Shown here piece by piece: positions 36,771-50,544 of a stretch of 64,000 bases of DNA; position 1 is the stretch's first letter, and every line of letters begins with the position of its first letter. Location: assembly GCF_036321535.1 (NCBI RefSeq), contig NC_087436.1, positions 12,152,001-12,216,000 on the forward strand, given 5' to 3'. Both the position numbers and the translations under genes were made by a program. The notes beneath the pieces were generated by a model, which was not told where the DNA came from, searched no databases, and saw nothing but the letters and a program-made list of their open reading frames with translations. This DNA comes from Camelus dromedarius (Eukaryota).

Positions 36771-39700
36771 GAGACTAACGCAGTGGCTTTAGAATAAGCA
36801 GAGATGAGGCCACTGGGTGTGGGAAGAGCTGTAAGGGCACACTGAAACATAGCTTAAAAGCAACTTGGAGAGATTTTTTTCCTAGACCATGCTATGGGCC
36901 TAATGCCATATTAGGCAATGAATACTTCAAGAAAAGTCTATCCTTAAACACTGCATTGATTAAATGCTTTTTTTCATTTATTGGATGAAGCAATGCTTAC
37001 TTAGTTGTCACAGTAACAGAGTAAGAAGTAAGTAATAGGGATAATGACTCCCTATTCTTTGTTTTTAACGTGAGAAAACAGATCACAGAAGAGGAGTTGC
37101 TTGTGGTTTTTGCAGTTAATAATACCACTTTTGGAGGGATTATTAAAGTCAAGTCATATTTCAATATCTACTATAGCCCTGCCGCCAAAGATTTTGCTAA
37201 TTTTCTAGAGTGATGTGTTTTATAAGCAGGAACCAATGAGAGACCAGAGCAAAGTAGAGAAAAGTGACTGATGTTAGGGAAAATAACAGAAAAACGTTTA
37301 CAACACGGTGACATGATCTGTTAAGGACACAAGGAATCACGGTGTGCCGAAAAAGCTCTAGACTGAGAGTCAGGAAATTTGGAGACCAGTTCTGGCTGTT
37401 TAACTTTCTGAAAGCCTTGAAACCAATTTCTCAGGATTCTGTGTGTTGCTGAGATCCTGACTTTCATGTAAGAAAGGATTTGTAGTCACATTAATGAATG
37501 GTCTGGAAGGACACACGTACCAAGGAGTTACTTCTGGGGGGAAGACTGGGCTTGGAGGGACGCAAAGGGAGATTTACTTTCATCTTCAGTGTTGTTTGAT
37601 TTGTTTACTATGAACGTGTATTGCTTCCTTAAATTTCATCAAAAAAAATAAAATAAAAATTAGAAAAAAACTAAGACAAAATTCAGTTAAGCAATTTCTA
37701 GACATCAGTAGAAAGTTGTAGTTTATACCCACTTGATCTCTAAGTTTCTCCTGTAAAATTAGGGAGTTTGTCTAGTCTCTTAAACCAATTTCAGCTCTAA
37801 CATCCTGGGATCCTGCAGAGAGCTACAAATGTTAAGATACAGGGCCCTTTCCTCACTACTATACAAAACGGAATCTTTGAACTAAAATATTCATGAAAAT
37901 CAGGGAAGCAGAATGCCCTGGTTCACTGAAATGCTGAACCTGTACTGTGGATGAGTACTAAGTAATTTGGTAAAATAATACATTATTGCACATAACCGTA
38001 ATGACAACTTGAAAGAGTTGCTGGCATTATCGCCAGTCCTCTAATTTCACATATGGGGCGTATCAGGATTAGCTGACACGCCCAGGCTCACACAGCTGCT
38101 AAGCAGCGAACCCCAAGCCTGAGTCCTACCTCTGAACTCTTACCCATGAAACACATCTGCTCTCAGTTTTTTTGGGGAGGTGAGGAGGGGGTGCAGGGAG
38201 ATGGGTGTACACCTCCCTTGATATGTGGAAGTAATGCTTTATTTTAGTTTACAGACTAGGAAGACCACTTAGCTTGATTTTTGTCAAGTGCCTCATTTCT
38301 GAATGCCTTTTCTTTCAAGTTAAGTTTTCCGTAAGTTTTCAAGTTAACTCGGTTAACTGCTCACATCTCCTTCCTGGGCCTCACATTTTGTAACGACCCT
38401 CATTCTTCAGTCACAAAGTGCATTGCTCAAATTTTGATGTTTCTGAAACACAAATGCCTTAAAAGGTATGAGTCTGTTTGATGTGACAGTATTTCTTTTT
38501 TTCTACAGAAAAATTAAAGTCAAATAGTTTCTTAAAGATAATATTGTCTCTGAACCCAGGATGTGAGACAGTGGCCTTTATCCTGGCACCGCTGCTGTCC
38601 CCTTCGACAGCCGAGGGGCCCACACATCCCGCTGAGCGTCTTGCCCATCCTAACACACCACCTTACTCAGACCTCCAGCTTGAGTCTCTGACTTCATTTC
38701 TCTCTTAATTGTCAGACCTAGAGCCCTCCCAGGTCTGACCCACTTGTCTGCTGCTTCTAGATCCTCTTCCCAAAACTTAATTTGATTTGTCAACTCGTTC
38801 TGGTCTCCTGCTCAGTTTCAGAGGAGTGACCCCTGTGAACAGCTCTTGAACCTGTCTGTCAGCACCAGAATCACCCAAAGAAGTGTTTAAATTACGGATT
38901 CTGAAGTACGTATCAGAAGTGCAAAATCACTTGAGTTGGGAGCTGGAAAACTATATTGAAAAGGGATGCTTTCGTGCATACTCAGCCTGGGAATTCCTGC
39001 CCACATGATATCTTTACCTGAAGCCGGTGCCCTCACCAGGTTTCTCCTGTTTCAGTGGTCTGGGTTCTTTCCTAGCTGTGGGAAGTTAAAGAATTCGCTA
39101 TCGTTTTTGTCATGGCACCTTGATTAGAAACTTTATAATTAAGAATTATAATAAGAAAGCATTGTAATCTGTGAAAAAGTTGTATCAGCACATTATAGTA
39201 AATTATTTTTAGAATCATATTACCTATACAGGTGCTTATTTTACCATAAAACAAACCAAAACCCCCCCACATTTTGGATTAAATTCTTTTTTCTCTTTTA
39301 CCTTTTCAATGAAATATAAAACAGTTCATGCATTGGATTTGACAAGCAATTTTTTTTTTTAAAATATCATCATCATAACATATGAAATGTGAGGTAATTA
39401 CATGTTTATTGCAAATAGTTTTGAAATAAGAGATTTCAGCCAGTTTTCCAGTGGATATTTTTCTTATTTGAGTAACAAGTCCAGATCACTGATTTATTTA
39501 TGTTAATTTCCTTAGTGAATATTTAATAAATGTATACTAAATGCAAACAATCTTACTAGGTACTAGAGACAAACACAACTTATGTTCTCCTGTTGCTGAC
39601 TATTGCCTATTTTTGTTGAATGAAAAAAGCCTTCTCAGAGCCAAATGTTCTTGTTTGGCATCTCATGTTACTTTTCTCTCTCAGACAGCACGTGCAGAAC

Positions 39701-41274
39701 TATGGCTTAATTACAAAGGGCTGCTTAAAGCAAATAAAATGATATGTAATTTCTTTACCTGAGAAATTCAGGGCAAAGCTGGTTCTGCCTGGGTATGGAA
39801 GTCTGGTTGAAAATAGGTTACAACTATGTTCCAAAACAGAGCCTTCCCTCCTGCATCTTACCCTTAATTTGCAGTTGTGCAAAATAACAGCTGTCTCAGA
39901 GTAGCCATTTAAACGGAGGTACTAACATTTATATTTCAGTTTATAATTATTTACAGCGTACACTGGGGAAGTTCCATAGCTATAAGTCAGTGCAGCAAAT
40001 TCCCCATAATCCTTTCCTCCTTCATCTTTTTTAGTTGTTTATAGCACCAACAAGAAAAGATGTTTAAACTCTTCTCAGGAATGTTTATTTTTTTATATTC
40101 ACTACCTTCATTTGATCGTGTTTTGTGCCTGGCTTTCATTTTGACCATGTGTAAAATGTTCCTAGGTTTTTTTTTCCATGGCTACCCCAGAGAACAACAG
40201 GATCCAGTAAAAATGCATTTATGCAAATTTGGAGAAGTCTTGAACTGATGCATGTTTTCCCCCAGATTTTCTTTTCTAAATAAACCTGAATAATTTTTTG
40301 ATTCTATAAAAATGCGACTTGTACTGCTAGTAAAACTCGTAGAGTACTCTGGCTAGGAGAGTTATTGCAGGTTTGACGTTCAGGCCAGTTCTGTGTTACT
40401 GAGAAGAGACTCGGTGACCCCTCGGTTGAAACAGAGGGACGGTCCGCGGTGTCAGCGTGCACAACGCCGACGGCCTGAGATTCCGGAAGGCAACTTGCAG
40501 GCTGAGGGGTTACCCTGCTGCCGTTTCACAGATGCTGGCAGGGGCTTTTGCTTCAGAGACAGACAACACCTAGTACAGCAAACAGTATGAACCTCACGTT
40601 TGTGGGAGGGAGTTCTTCTCCCACCCCAGGTCCCCCAGAGGGGCTGGGTGGACGGCGCTGCGCTAAGGCGGAGAAACCATGTCACAAGCGAGGACCCCGA
40701 GCTTACGGACCTCAAATGGGCTGCAGCCAGGCCAGTCCAAACTCTGCCCTGGAAAGAGATGTTACACTGCTCAGCGGACTGATTTGCCCTCTGCCCTATC
40801 TGCCTAGCCTGCTCCCTATAAACATTTCTTGAAAAGACAGTCTAGAACGGAGGAGAACATCAGTAATATCAAAAGATGTGCTCACAGGAGACCTTTGGAA
40901 AATTGCCTCTCCGTAGTCCTGAGCAACAAATGTGCTTGTGATTTAAACTATTCCTATCAGAACTTATTACCCATTCTACTGATTCTGGTTACCCAAATTT
41001 ACCTTAGAGTGTATGTTTTTATAGCACTTGTATCATAGTCAGTATTGATGACTAACAGCTTGGGTAGAACATAATACCCGGGAGCGCAGAAGAGGGAAGA
41101 GCACCTCCTCCTAGACCAGCTCCCCCTTTCGCACACATGAACTCTAAGCAAGTGGGGTCTAGGAAACATCTTAAATAGCAACAGCCCAAATGGGAACTGC
41201 CTTTTAAGGAAGACGGTCTGAGGGAAAAGAAGGAAATAAGAAAACATGTCAGAGAAATGAGGACTGGCTATTCA

Positions 41275-41862
41275 TGAGGTGCGAAGCCCCATAAAAAGAC
41301 CAGCAGGACCCCCAAGCAGGGCCACTGCTCTCCTGCCGGCACCATCCGGTTCCCTGGCCCAGAGGCTCTATCTCACTTTCTGCCTCTGAAACGGCTTACT
41401 TACCCCTAAAATTATATTGGTTCCCTGAGCTCACTTCTGATTGGTTATTTCCTTCACTCCTGATTGGTTGTTACTCTCATTTCTGATTGGTCCACTTCCC
41501 TAACTTCTGATTGGTCCATTTGTAGTACTTCGTCACATGGAGCTCACTCCTGATTGGTTATTTTGCTCTCCTGATTGGTCTATTTCTACAAAGCTTGTTT
41601 CTGGTTGGTCAACTTCTGTTATACTTTATTTGCATATGATGTTGCCAAGTGTAAAACTGGCAGCCTATAAAGGCCTGTGTAAACCTACAGACAGGGTCCA
41701 GAGCTTGGAGTGTTAACACCTCCGGGCCCACTGGCATAATAAACTTGAGTTCTCCAACTCTCCAAGTGTTGCTTGGTCTCTTGCCTGGATCCAGGTTGCT
41801 GTCACAACTGAGCTGTAACACCGAGCTGTTAACACGGGGCTGTAACACATTTTTCTGCAACA
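41275..41862 (+). mobile_element. ERV1-class solo LTR, sense to TLL1, with 4-bp TSD
   Basis: TG...CA termini with TTCA duplicated (41271-41274 and 41863-41866); six CTGATTGGT boxes; ATTTGCAT 41628-41635; TATAAA 41666-41671; AATAAA 41738-41743. Confidence 0.85.
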
Positions 41863-42772
41863 TTCAGGACTATTGAGAACTCTCTCTTTGTACAGCTGGA
41901 GTTACAGCATGTGGTTAGAACTGAGTGTTTAAGATGATGGAGTGATGTGATGAACTAGAGGCTACCTTTTTTTTTTTCTTTTTTTTTGGGCCAGACACTT
42001 AATTACCTGCAGGAAGGTGGCTCTTTTGAGGTAAATTTTGTGTTAACTCATCACATGGTTTAGGTTATTGGTGCTGAGGAGTATTTAGTCCACCCCCCTT
42101 CAAATCAGTATTACCAACTAGAAAACTGAGTCCCAGAGAATCTGGCAGACTTGCTTGCAGTTACACAGGAGGGTGGAGCAGATATTCCTGGAAGTTATTT
42201 GTTTATTCAAAAGAGGTGCATTCTGTTCAAGGGAAAAATGATTGAGAGATGGAGACTGAGACTGAGGGATGGAGACTGACTGATCTCAGCAGGCGTTTAA
42301 TCCTCTGTGTATAGAAAACTCCACTTGTCTCTGTAAATACCTACCCAGATTACTATTGTATTTGGGAACTTGCCCGAATGTACAGAGGTGCATTTCAGTT
42401 TATGACTAGAGCTTGGCCCTAGTGTGGAAAAGTATTCATTGCCATTCAAAATCATTTAAAAAAGACGAGTGTCTGAGACGCAAATACAGTATTGCCTTAA
42501 GCACAATAAGCAAACAATTAAACCAATTATAATTTACCAGTGAAGCTTTCAAGCTTTGAGAAACTGGCCATGTTTCATGTTTGGTGAAAGGCAGAGAATC
42601 TCTGAGTGATTTAACTGCTTTCATCTGTAGTCAGAGGAATTGGCCATATGGAGCTGGAAGGAATCTTGGCATCTGGTGGGATGATTTTCTTCCCTTTGAG
42701 GAGCCTCAAGCTCTTGGAACCCTGAGGCAGGACAGAGGGACTCACTTAGGGTGAAGATCTTCATTCTTACTT

Positions 42773-45700
42773 GTATATATATGTATAATCAGCTTACAAT
42801 GTGTCAATTTCTGGCATACAGCACAGTATTTCAGTCATATAGGAACACACATACATCCATTTTCATATTCTTTTTTACCATAGGTTACTACAAGATATTG
42901 AATATGGTTCCCTGTGCTGTACAGTATAAACTTGTTAATCTATTTTGTATATATTAGGTAGTATCCACAAATCTCAAACCCCCAGTTTATCCCTTCCCAC
43001 CCCTTTCCCCCCTGGTAACCATAATTTGTTTTCTATGTCTGCAAGTGTGTTTCTGTTTCATAAATAAGTTCATCTTTCTTTTTCATTTTTATTTTTTTTA
43101 GGGTCCACATAAGAGCGATCTCATATGGTATTTTTCTCTCTTTCTGGCTGACTTCACTTAGACTGATGTTCTCCAGGTCCACCCATGTTGTTGCAAATGG
43201 CATTATCTTATTCTTTTTTATGGCTGAGTAGTAGTCCATTGTATAAATATACCACAACTTCTTTATCTAGTCATCAGTTGATGGACATTTAGGTTGTTTC
43301 CATGTCTTGGCTATTGTAAACAGTGCTGCTATGAACATTGGGGTGCAAGTATCTTTTTGAATTAAAGTTCCCTCTGGATATATACCCAGGAGTAGGATTG
43401 CTGGATCATATGGTAAGTCTATGTTTAGTTTTTTGAGGAATCGCCATATTGTTTTCTGTAATGGCTGCACCAAACTACATTCTCACCAGCAGCGTAGGAG
43501 GTTCCCTTTTCTCCACAGTCTCTCCAGTATTTATTGTTTGTGGACTTTTGAATGATGGCCATTCTGACTGGTGTGAAGTGATGCCTCATTGTAGTTTTGA
43601 TTTGCATTTCTCTGATAATTAGCAATACTGAGCATTTTTTCATGTGTCTATTGGCCATTTGTATGTCTTCATTGGGGAATTGATTGTTTAGGTCTTCTGT
43701 CCATTTTAGGATTGGGTTTATTTCTTTTGTTATCAGATTGTATGAGCTGTATATATATTCTGGAGATTAAGCCATTGTCAGTCTCATCTTTTGCAAATAT
43801 TTTCTCCCATTCTGTAGGTTGTTTTTTTGTTTTGCTTATGGTTTCCTTTGCTGTGCAAAAGCTTGTAAGTTCAATTAGGTACCATTTGTTTATTCTTGCT
43901 TTTATTTCTATTGCCTGGGTAGACTGCACTAGGAGAACATTGCTGAGGTGTATGTTGGATAATGTTTTGCCTATGTTTTCTTCTAAGAGGTTTATAATGT
44001 CTTGTCTTATGTTTAAGTCTTTAAGCCATTTTGAGTTTATTTTTGTGTATGGTGTGAGGGAGTATTCTAACTTTATTGATTTACAAGCAGTTGTTCAGTT
44101 TTCCCAATACCATTTGCTGAAGAAACTGTCTTTACTCCATTGTATGGTCTTGCCTCCTTTGACAAAGATTAATTGACCAAAAGCTGTGGGTTTATTTCTG
44201 GTTTCTCTGTTCTTTTCCATTGGTCTGTATGTCTGTTTTGTACCAGTACCATGCTGTTTTTATTACTGTAGCTCTGTAGTATTGTCTGAAGTCTGGGAGG
44301 GTTATTCCTCCAGCTTCATTTTTTTTCTTCAGTAATGCTTTGGCAATTCTGGGTCTTTTGTGATTCCATATAAATTTTAGGATTATTTGTTCTAGTTCTG
44401 TGAAAAATGTCATGGATAATTTGATAGGGAGCACATTAGATCTGTAGATTGCTTTGGGTAATATGGCCAGTTTAACAATATTAATTCTTCCAGTCCAAGA
44501 ATATGAGATATCTTTCTATTTGTTTAATTCATCTTTAATTTCCTTAGTGAATGTTTTGTGGTTCTCCTCATGTAAGTCTTTCACTTCCTTGGTCTGATTT
44601 ATTCCTAAGTATTTTATTTTTCTGGTTGCAATTTTAAAAGGGACTGTTTCTTTACTTTCCTTTTCTGATATTTCCTTGTTAGTGTAAAGAAATGCCAATA
44701 ATTTCTGTATGTTAATCTTGTATCCTGCTATCTTGTCAGATTCTTTTATCAGCCCTAGTAGTTTTTGTTTGAAGCCTTTAGGGTTTTTTGCACATAGTAT
44801 CACGTCATCTGCATATAATGACAACTTTACCTCTTCTCTTCCAATTTGGATCCCTTTTATTTCTTTTTCTTGTCTAATTGCTATGGCTAGGATTTCCAAT
44901 ACTATATTCAGTAGAAGTGGTGAGAGTGGGGATCCTTGTCTTGTTCCAGATTTTAGTGGAAAGGCTTTCAGCTTTTCACTGTTGAGCAGTATGTTGCCTG
45001 TAGGTTTATCATAAATAGCTTTTATTATGTTGAGATATGCCTCTCTATACCACTTTGGTAAGAGTTTTTATCATAAATGAATGTTGAATTTTATCAAATG
45101 CTTTTTTCTGCATTTATTGAGATGATCATTTGATATTTGTCCTTTCTCTTGTTGATGTGTATCACATTGATTGATTTGCATATGTTGAAGCACCCTTGTG
45201 TCCCTGGAATGAATCAAACTTGATCATGGTGTGTGAACTTTTTTGGTGTGTTGTTGGATTTTGTTTGCTAATGTTTTTTGAGGATTTTTGCATCTATGTT
45301 TATCAACAGTATTGACCTCTAGCTTTCTTTTTTTGCTAGTGTCTTTGGCTTTGGTATCAGGGTGATGGTGGCTTCATAGAATGAGTTTTGGAGTATTCCC
45401 TCCTCTTCAATCTTTTGGAGGAGTTTGAGAAGGACTGGTATGAACTCTTCTTTGTATGTTTGATAGAATTCCTCAGTGAAGCCTTCTAGTCCTGGACTTT
45501 TGTTTGCAGGGAGGTTTTGTTTATTGCTGATTCTATTTCACTTCTAATGATTTGTCTGTTCAAGAGATCTATTTCTTCTTGATTCAGCTTTGGTGGATGA
45601 TATGTTTCTAGAAACTTATCCATTTCTTCTAAGTTGTCCAATTTATTGTCATATAGTTATTCATAGTATTCTCTTGATCTTTGGTATTTCTATGGTGTTG

Positions 45701-46206
45701 GTTGTAATCTCTACATTTTCATTTCTTATTTTGTTTATTTGTGTGCTGTCTCTTTTCGTCTTGTTGAACCTGGCCAGATTTTTGTCAATTTTGTTTACTC
45801 TTTCAAAAAAACAGCTCTTGGTTTGATTGATTTTTTCCTATTTTTTTTAATCTCTGTTTTATTTATTTCCTCCTTGATCTTTATTATTTCTTTCCTTCTG
45901 CTGACTTTGGGTTTTGTTTGTTCTTTTTCTAATTATTTTAGGTGGTAGTTTAGGTTGTTTATTTGAGGTTGTTCTTCTTTTTTGAGGAAGGCCTAATTGC
46001 TATGAACGTTTCAATTAGAACTTTTTTTTTAATTACCTGTTTTTCTTACTGGATTTTGTAAGAATCCTCCTGTATTTTGAAATGAGAGACACTCTGCCAG
46101 AGTTCAGTAGATGTTCTGTGTGATCTGATGGGTTTGTAGATGTAATTCTTGGTGTATATGTGGCAAGCTGTGAGTCTCTCTATTCTGCCATCTTGGCTCT
46201 GCCCCC
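42773..46206 (-). mobile_element. Camelid-type L1, antisense, with 5' terminus joined directly to mid-ORF2
   Basis: ORF track shows fragmented ORF2p peptides ([74 protein letters not shown]); 3'UTR at about 42773-43130; L1 5' start GGGGGGCAGAGCCAAGATGGC on the minus strand at about 46206. Confidence 0.92.
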
Positions 46207-46311
46207 CACTCTTTTACTTCTATTAGAGCCACTCTAACCTGTTTCACATCTTGGCTTATGTTATCTAGAAGACAAACTTAAAACTCACTAGTTTAGTAGT
46301 TTAGATATATA

Positions 46312-48590
46312 ATTTTTTTTGCATATAGTTGATTTACAATATTATATTAGTTTCATGTGTACAAATAGTGATTCAACATTTTTATAGCTTATGCTCCATT
46401 TAAAGTTATTAAAAATAATGGCTATATTTTCATGTGATGTACAGTATATTGCTATTGCTCATTTATTTTATATATAATAGCTTGTACCTCTTGATCCCCT
46501 ACCCTTATTTTGCCCTCTATCTTCCTTTTCCCTGCTGTTAATCACTAGTTTATTTTCTATGTTTGTGAGTCCGTTTCTGTTTTGTTACATACATTTCTTT
46601 GTTTTATTTTTTAGATTTCACATAAAAGTGCTAACATAGAGTATTTGTCTTTCTCTGTCTGACTTATTTCACTAAGCAAAATACTCTCTAGGTCCATCCA
46701 CATTATTGCAAGTGGCAGAATTTTATTCTTTTTATGGCTGAATAATTTTCCATTATATATATATATGGCACATTTTCCTTATCTATTCATTTGCTGATGG
46801 ATTCTTAGGTTGTTTCCATGTCTTGGCTATTGGAAATAATGTTTGATATTGAGTTGTAGACACTGTCTATATATTTTGAATATTAACCCTTTATCAGACA
46901 TATCATCTGCAAATATTTTCTTCCATTCAGTAGGTTGTCTTTTCATTTTGTTGATGGTTTCCTTTGCTGTGCAAATGCTTTTTAACTAGGTTCCTTTTGT
47001 TTATTTTTACATTTGTATCTTTTCCCTTAGGAGACTGATCCAAAAAATATTGCTATGATTTATGTCAAAGACTGTTCTGCCTGTATTTTCTTCTAGGAGT
47101 TTTATGGTTTCAGGTCTTCATTTAGGAGTGTAATCCATTTTGCAGGGTTTTATTTGCCTATGATATGAGGAAATATTCTAATTTCATTCCTATACATGTA
47201 GCTGTCCAGTTTTTCCAGCACAACTTATTGAAGAGACTGTCTTTTCTCCATTGAATAGTCTTGCCTCCTTTGTTGTAGATAATTGACCATAACTGTGTGA
47301 ATTTATTTTTGACCTCTCTGTTCTGTTCCATTGATCTGTGTCTGCTTTGTGCCAACACAATACTTCTTTGATTACTATAGCTTTGTATTACAGCCTGAAG
47401 TCTGGGAGGGTTATACCTCCAGCTTTGCTCTTTTTTCTCAAGGTTTCTTTGATAGTTCAGGGTCTTTTGTTGTTCTTTTAGGATTACTTGTACTATTTCT
47501 ATGAAAAATGTCATGTGTATTTTGATAGAGATTTCATTAAATCTGTTGATTGCTTTGGGTAAGTACGGTCATTTAAAAAATATTAATTCTTCCAATCCAA
47601 AAGCATAGAATATCTTTCCATTTCTTTATATCATCTTCAATTTCTTTCATCAGTGTTTTATAGTTTTCAGAATATAGGTCTTTTAACTCATTGGTTAGGT
47701 TTATTTCTAGGTATTTTACTCTTTTTGATGCAATTTTAAATGGGATTTTATTTTTACTTCCTCTTTCTGGTAGTTCATTATTAGTGTATAGGAAAGCAAC
47801 AGATTTCTATACATTAATCTTGTATTCTATAACAGTACTGAATCCATTTAGTAGTTCTAGTAGATTTTTGGTGGAGACTTTAGAGTTTTCTACTTAAACA
47901 ATCATGTCATCTGCAAATAGTGAAAGCTTTACTTCTTTCCTTCTAATTTGGATGCTTTTTATTTCTTCTTTTCTGATTGCTGTAGCTGGGACTTCTAAGA
48001 CTATGTTAAATAGAAGTGGAGAGAGTAGGCATCCTTGTCTTGATCCTGACTTTGAAGGAAAGACTTTCAGCTTTTTACCATTGAGTATTATGTTAGCTGT
48101 GACTTTATCACAAATGACCTTTATTGTGTTGAGATATGGGCCCTCTATTTCTACTTTGATATGAGTTGTTGTTTTTTTTTTTCATCATGGATGTTGAATT
48201 TTATCAGATGTTTTTTCTGTGTCTATTGAGATGATCATGTGATTTTTATCCTATCTCTTGTTAATGTGGTGTATCCCATTAATTGGTTTGTTAATACTGA
48301 ACCATTCTTGCATCCTTGGAATAAATCCCACTTGATCATGGTGTATGATCCTTTTTATGTGTTGTTGGATTCAGTTTTCTAATACTTTGTTGAGGATTTT
48401 TGCACCTGTATTCATCAAAGATATTGGCCTGTAATTTTCTTCCTTTCCTTTTTTTTTTTTTTTTTTTTTTTAGTGTCTTTTTCTGGTTTTGATATGATGG
48501 TATTGGTGGCCTCACAGAATAAATTTGGAAGTGTTCCATCTTCTTCAAACTTTTGGAATAGTTTGAGGATATTTCATAACTTGGTAGGAG
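46312..48590 (-). mobile_element. Second, older 5'-truncated L1, antisense, with an internal deletion near 46840
   Basis: T-tract and 3'UTR from about 46312; ORF2 peptide remnants (GKTIQWRKDSLFNKLCWKNWTATC); parallels 43000-45430. Confidence 0.9.
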
Positions 48591-48599
48591 TTTGGATGC

Positions 48600-48918
48600 A
48601 TGCATTTATTAAAACTAAGTGGATAGATACTTAAGATTTGTGTGTTTTATTATATTTGGATTTTATGTAAAAAACTGCAAATAATTATTGATCTCAATTA
48701 AACCATGCTGAAGTATTTAAGGGGAGAGATTCTAATGCCTGTGATTTAGTTAGAAATACACCAAAAATAAGCTGGATTGATGGGTGGATGTACAATGAAG
48801 CAAATGTAGTAGCATGTTAATGGTAGAATATAGATGGAGGATATATGGATTATTAGGTATGCTTCTTTCAATTTTGTTGTACATTTAAAATTTTCTCAGT
48901 AAATTATTTGGGAGAAAA
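48600..48918 (+). mobile_element. L1MC-type 3' end
   Basis: catgctgaagtatttaagggg...aaatacaccaaaaataagctggattgatgggtggatg...catgttaatggtagaatatagatggagg. Confidence 0.7.
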
Positions 48919-50544
48919 CTCACCAATATAGTCCAGCTATCTCAGTTTTTAAATAAGGAAAGTGAGATTCAGGGCGAATAAATTTAAGTCATTGTCATAG
49001 CGTCAATTAGAACCAAAAAAAAATCCTCAAAGAACTGGTTCCACTGCTTCAAATTTGAGCAATTTGCCCCAAGATTGCTTTACATAAATATCAGAAGAAT
49101 CATGGATGTTAATCAAAGGTGAAAAAAGGGCATTTGATGAGATTATTGAAACTCATAATTTCAGTAGAGTACCATTTTTCCCTTGTTTTTATTTTTTGTG
49201 CTAGTAGCATTGAGGCAGTTTTTTTGCTTCTTTTAGTTTAGTGCATTAGAATCAATCATGAATTTATATATTCTATGGTATTTCTGGGCCAACTTTCCAT
49301 TTTGTTTTCCATTCACATACAGATGAATGGAAATGGCATTTTTTGATCAATGTATTCCTTTGAAAGTATAGACATGAAGGCAATTTCTTTAGAAAAGGTC
49401 CATGAACTTTATGTAGATTCTCCTGAAGTCTTTTTTGGGGGGAAAAAAATGGCTTTGCTTCTGGTGTTTGAAGGTATAAGTCATAATGAAGGACTACCTA
49501 AAAATGATTCTCCTTTACTCTTATTCTCTGCTTGAACACTTAGAGGGTAAGAATCGCTAAAGTTAAGACTACCTTAGGTTTAATTCTGGTTGTGACATTT
49601 CTGAGTGTGCGATCTTAGAAAAGTTACTCAAATTCTCTAAGCCTTTTTCTTTGGGTATAAAATAAGGATAATCATCACACCCTATATATCACAGTATTTA
49701 ATAAAATCCGTTATTACAACTGTTACTCGTGGTAACCTGGTGAATGACTTGTTTTTAACATTTCATGTTTATATCTTGTTTTATTTATTTGACATTTTAC
49801 TTATAGCTTGTGTTCATCTTAATAAGGGATTGCGCTTCTGAATATTTATAAGATTTACATCTTCTCTTGTCCTGTCAATAAAATATGCACACTATAATCC
49901 TTATAACTTCTTACGCGGAAGCCTGAATCATCTATAAAGTACATTAAAACCGGGTTTATTTATTCCCTAACATCACTGTCCTTTAAAAGACTCTTTCTGC
50001 TTTCTCAGATTTTGGTGTTGATTACTGCTTTCTAGTTTTCTCCCTAAAATTTCAAAATGTAAGAATTGTAGAATCGTTGATTGTGCAACTCAAAATATAA
50101 GGAATGTAGAATTTTAAAGAGTGGGAAATTGAAATGTCAGTCATTAATGTAACTTTAAAAGATCGCATTGTAAAGATGCTACTTTTTCATATTAAATGGA
50201 TTAAGGTATTCTTAATTACAGTAGGCGCCATTTCAGACTAGTGAAAATGTTAGCTGGAATATATAAATAAATAAAATAAGTGTATTTTCTTCTAAAATAT
50301 TAAATATATGTTATTCACTCTAGCATACATATACATATAATAGTGCATCATTTGAAGGAGAAACAAATGTCAGTTCTATTTACTATAGTTCACTAGTTTT
50401 GTAATTCTTTTTTGGTGTTTCATTTCAAATTCTTTAATCTTGTGATGTTTCACAGTTTTCAAGGTGACAGATAAGCTTATGGTATGGTATAGAATCATAA
50501 AATTTGGAGGGTGGGGAGGAAGTTTTGAGATCATCTGGAATTCT

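Noticed and set aside
41430..41610. Regularly spaced CTGATTGGT repeats superficially like a CRISPR array
   Set aside because: The repeats are only 9-11 bp with short related spacers, lie inside an LTR U3 region of mammalian DNA, and have no cas genes nearby; they are CCAAT boxes.
43033..48605. ORFs with reverse-transcriptase-like peptides (YADD) as a candidate novel RT system
   Set aside because: They are frameshifted, stop-interrupted fragments of ordinary LINE-1 ORF2p in two antisense L1 copies.
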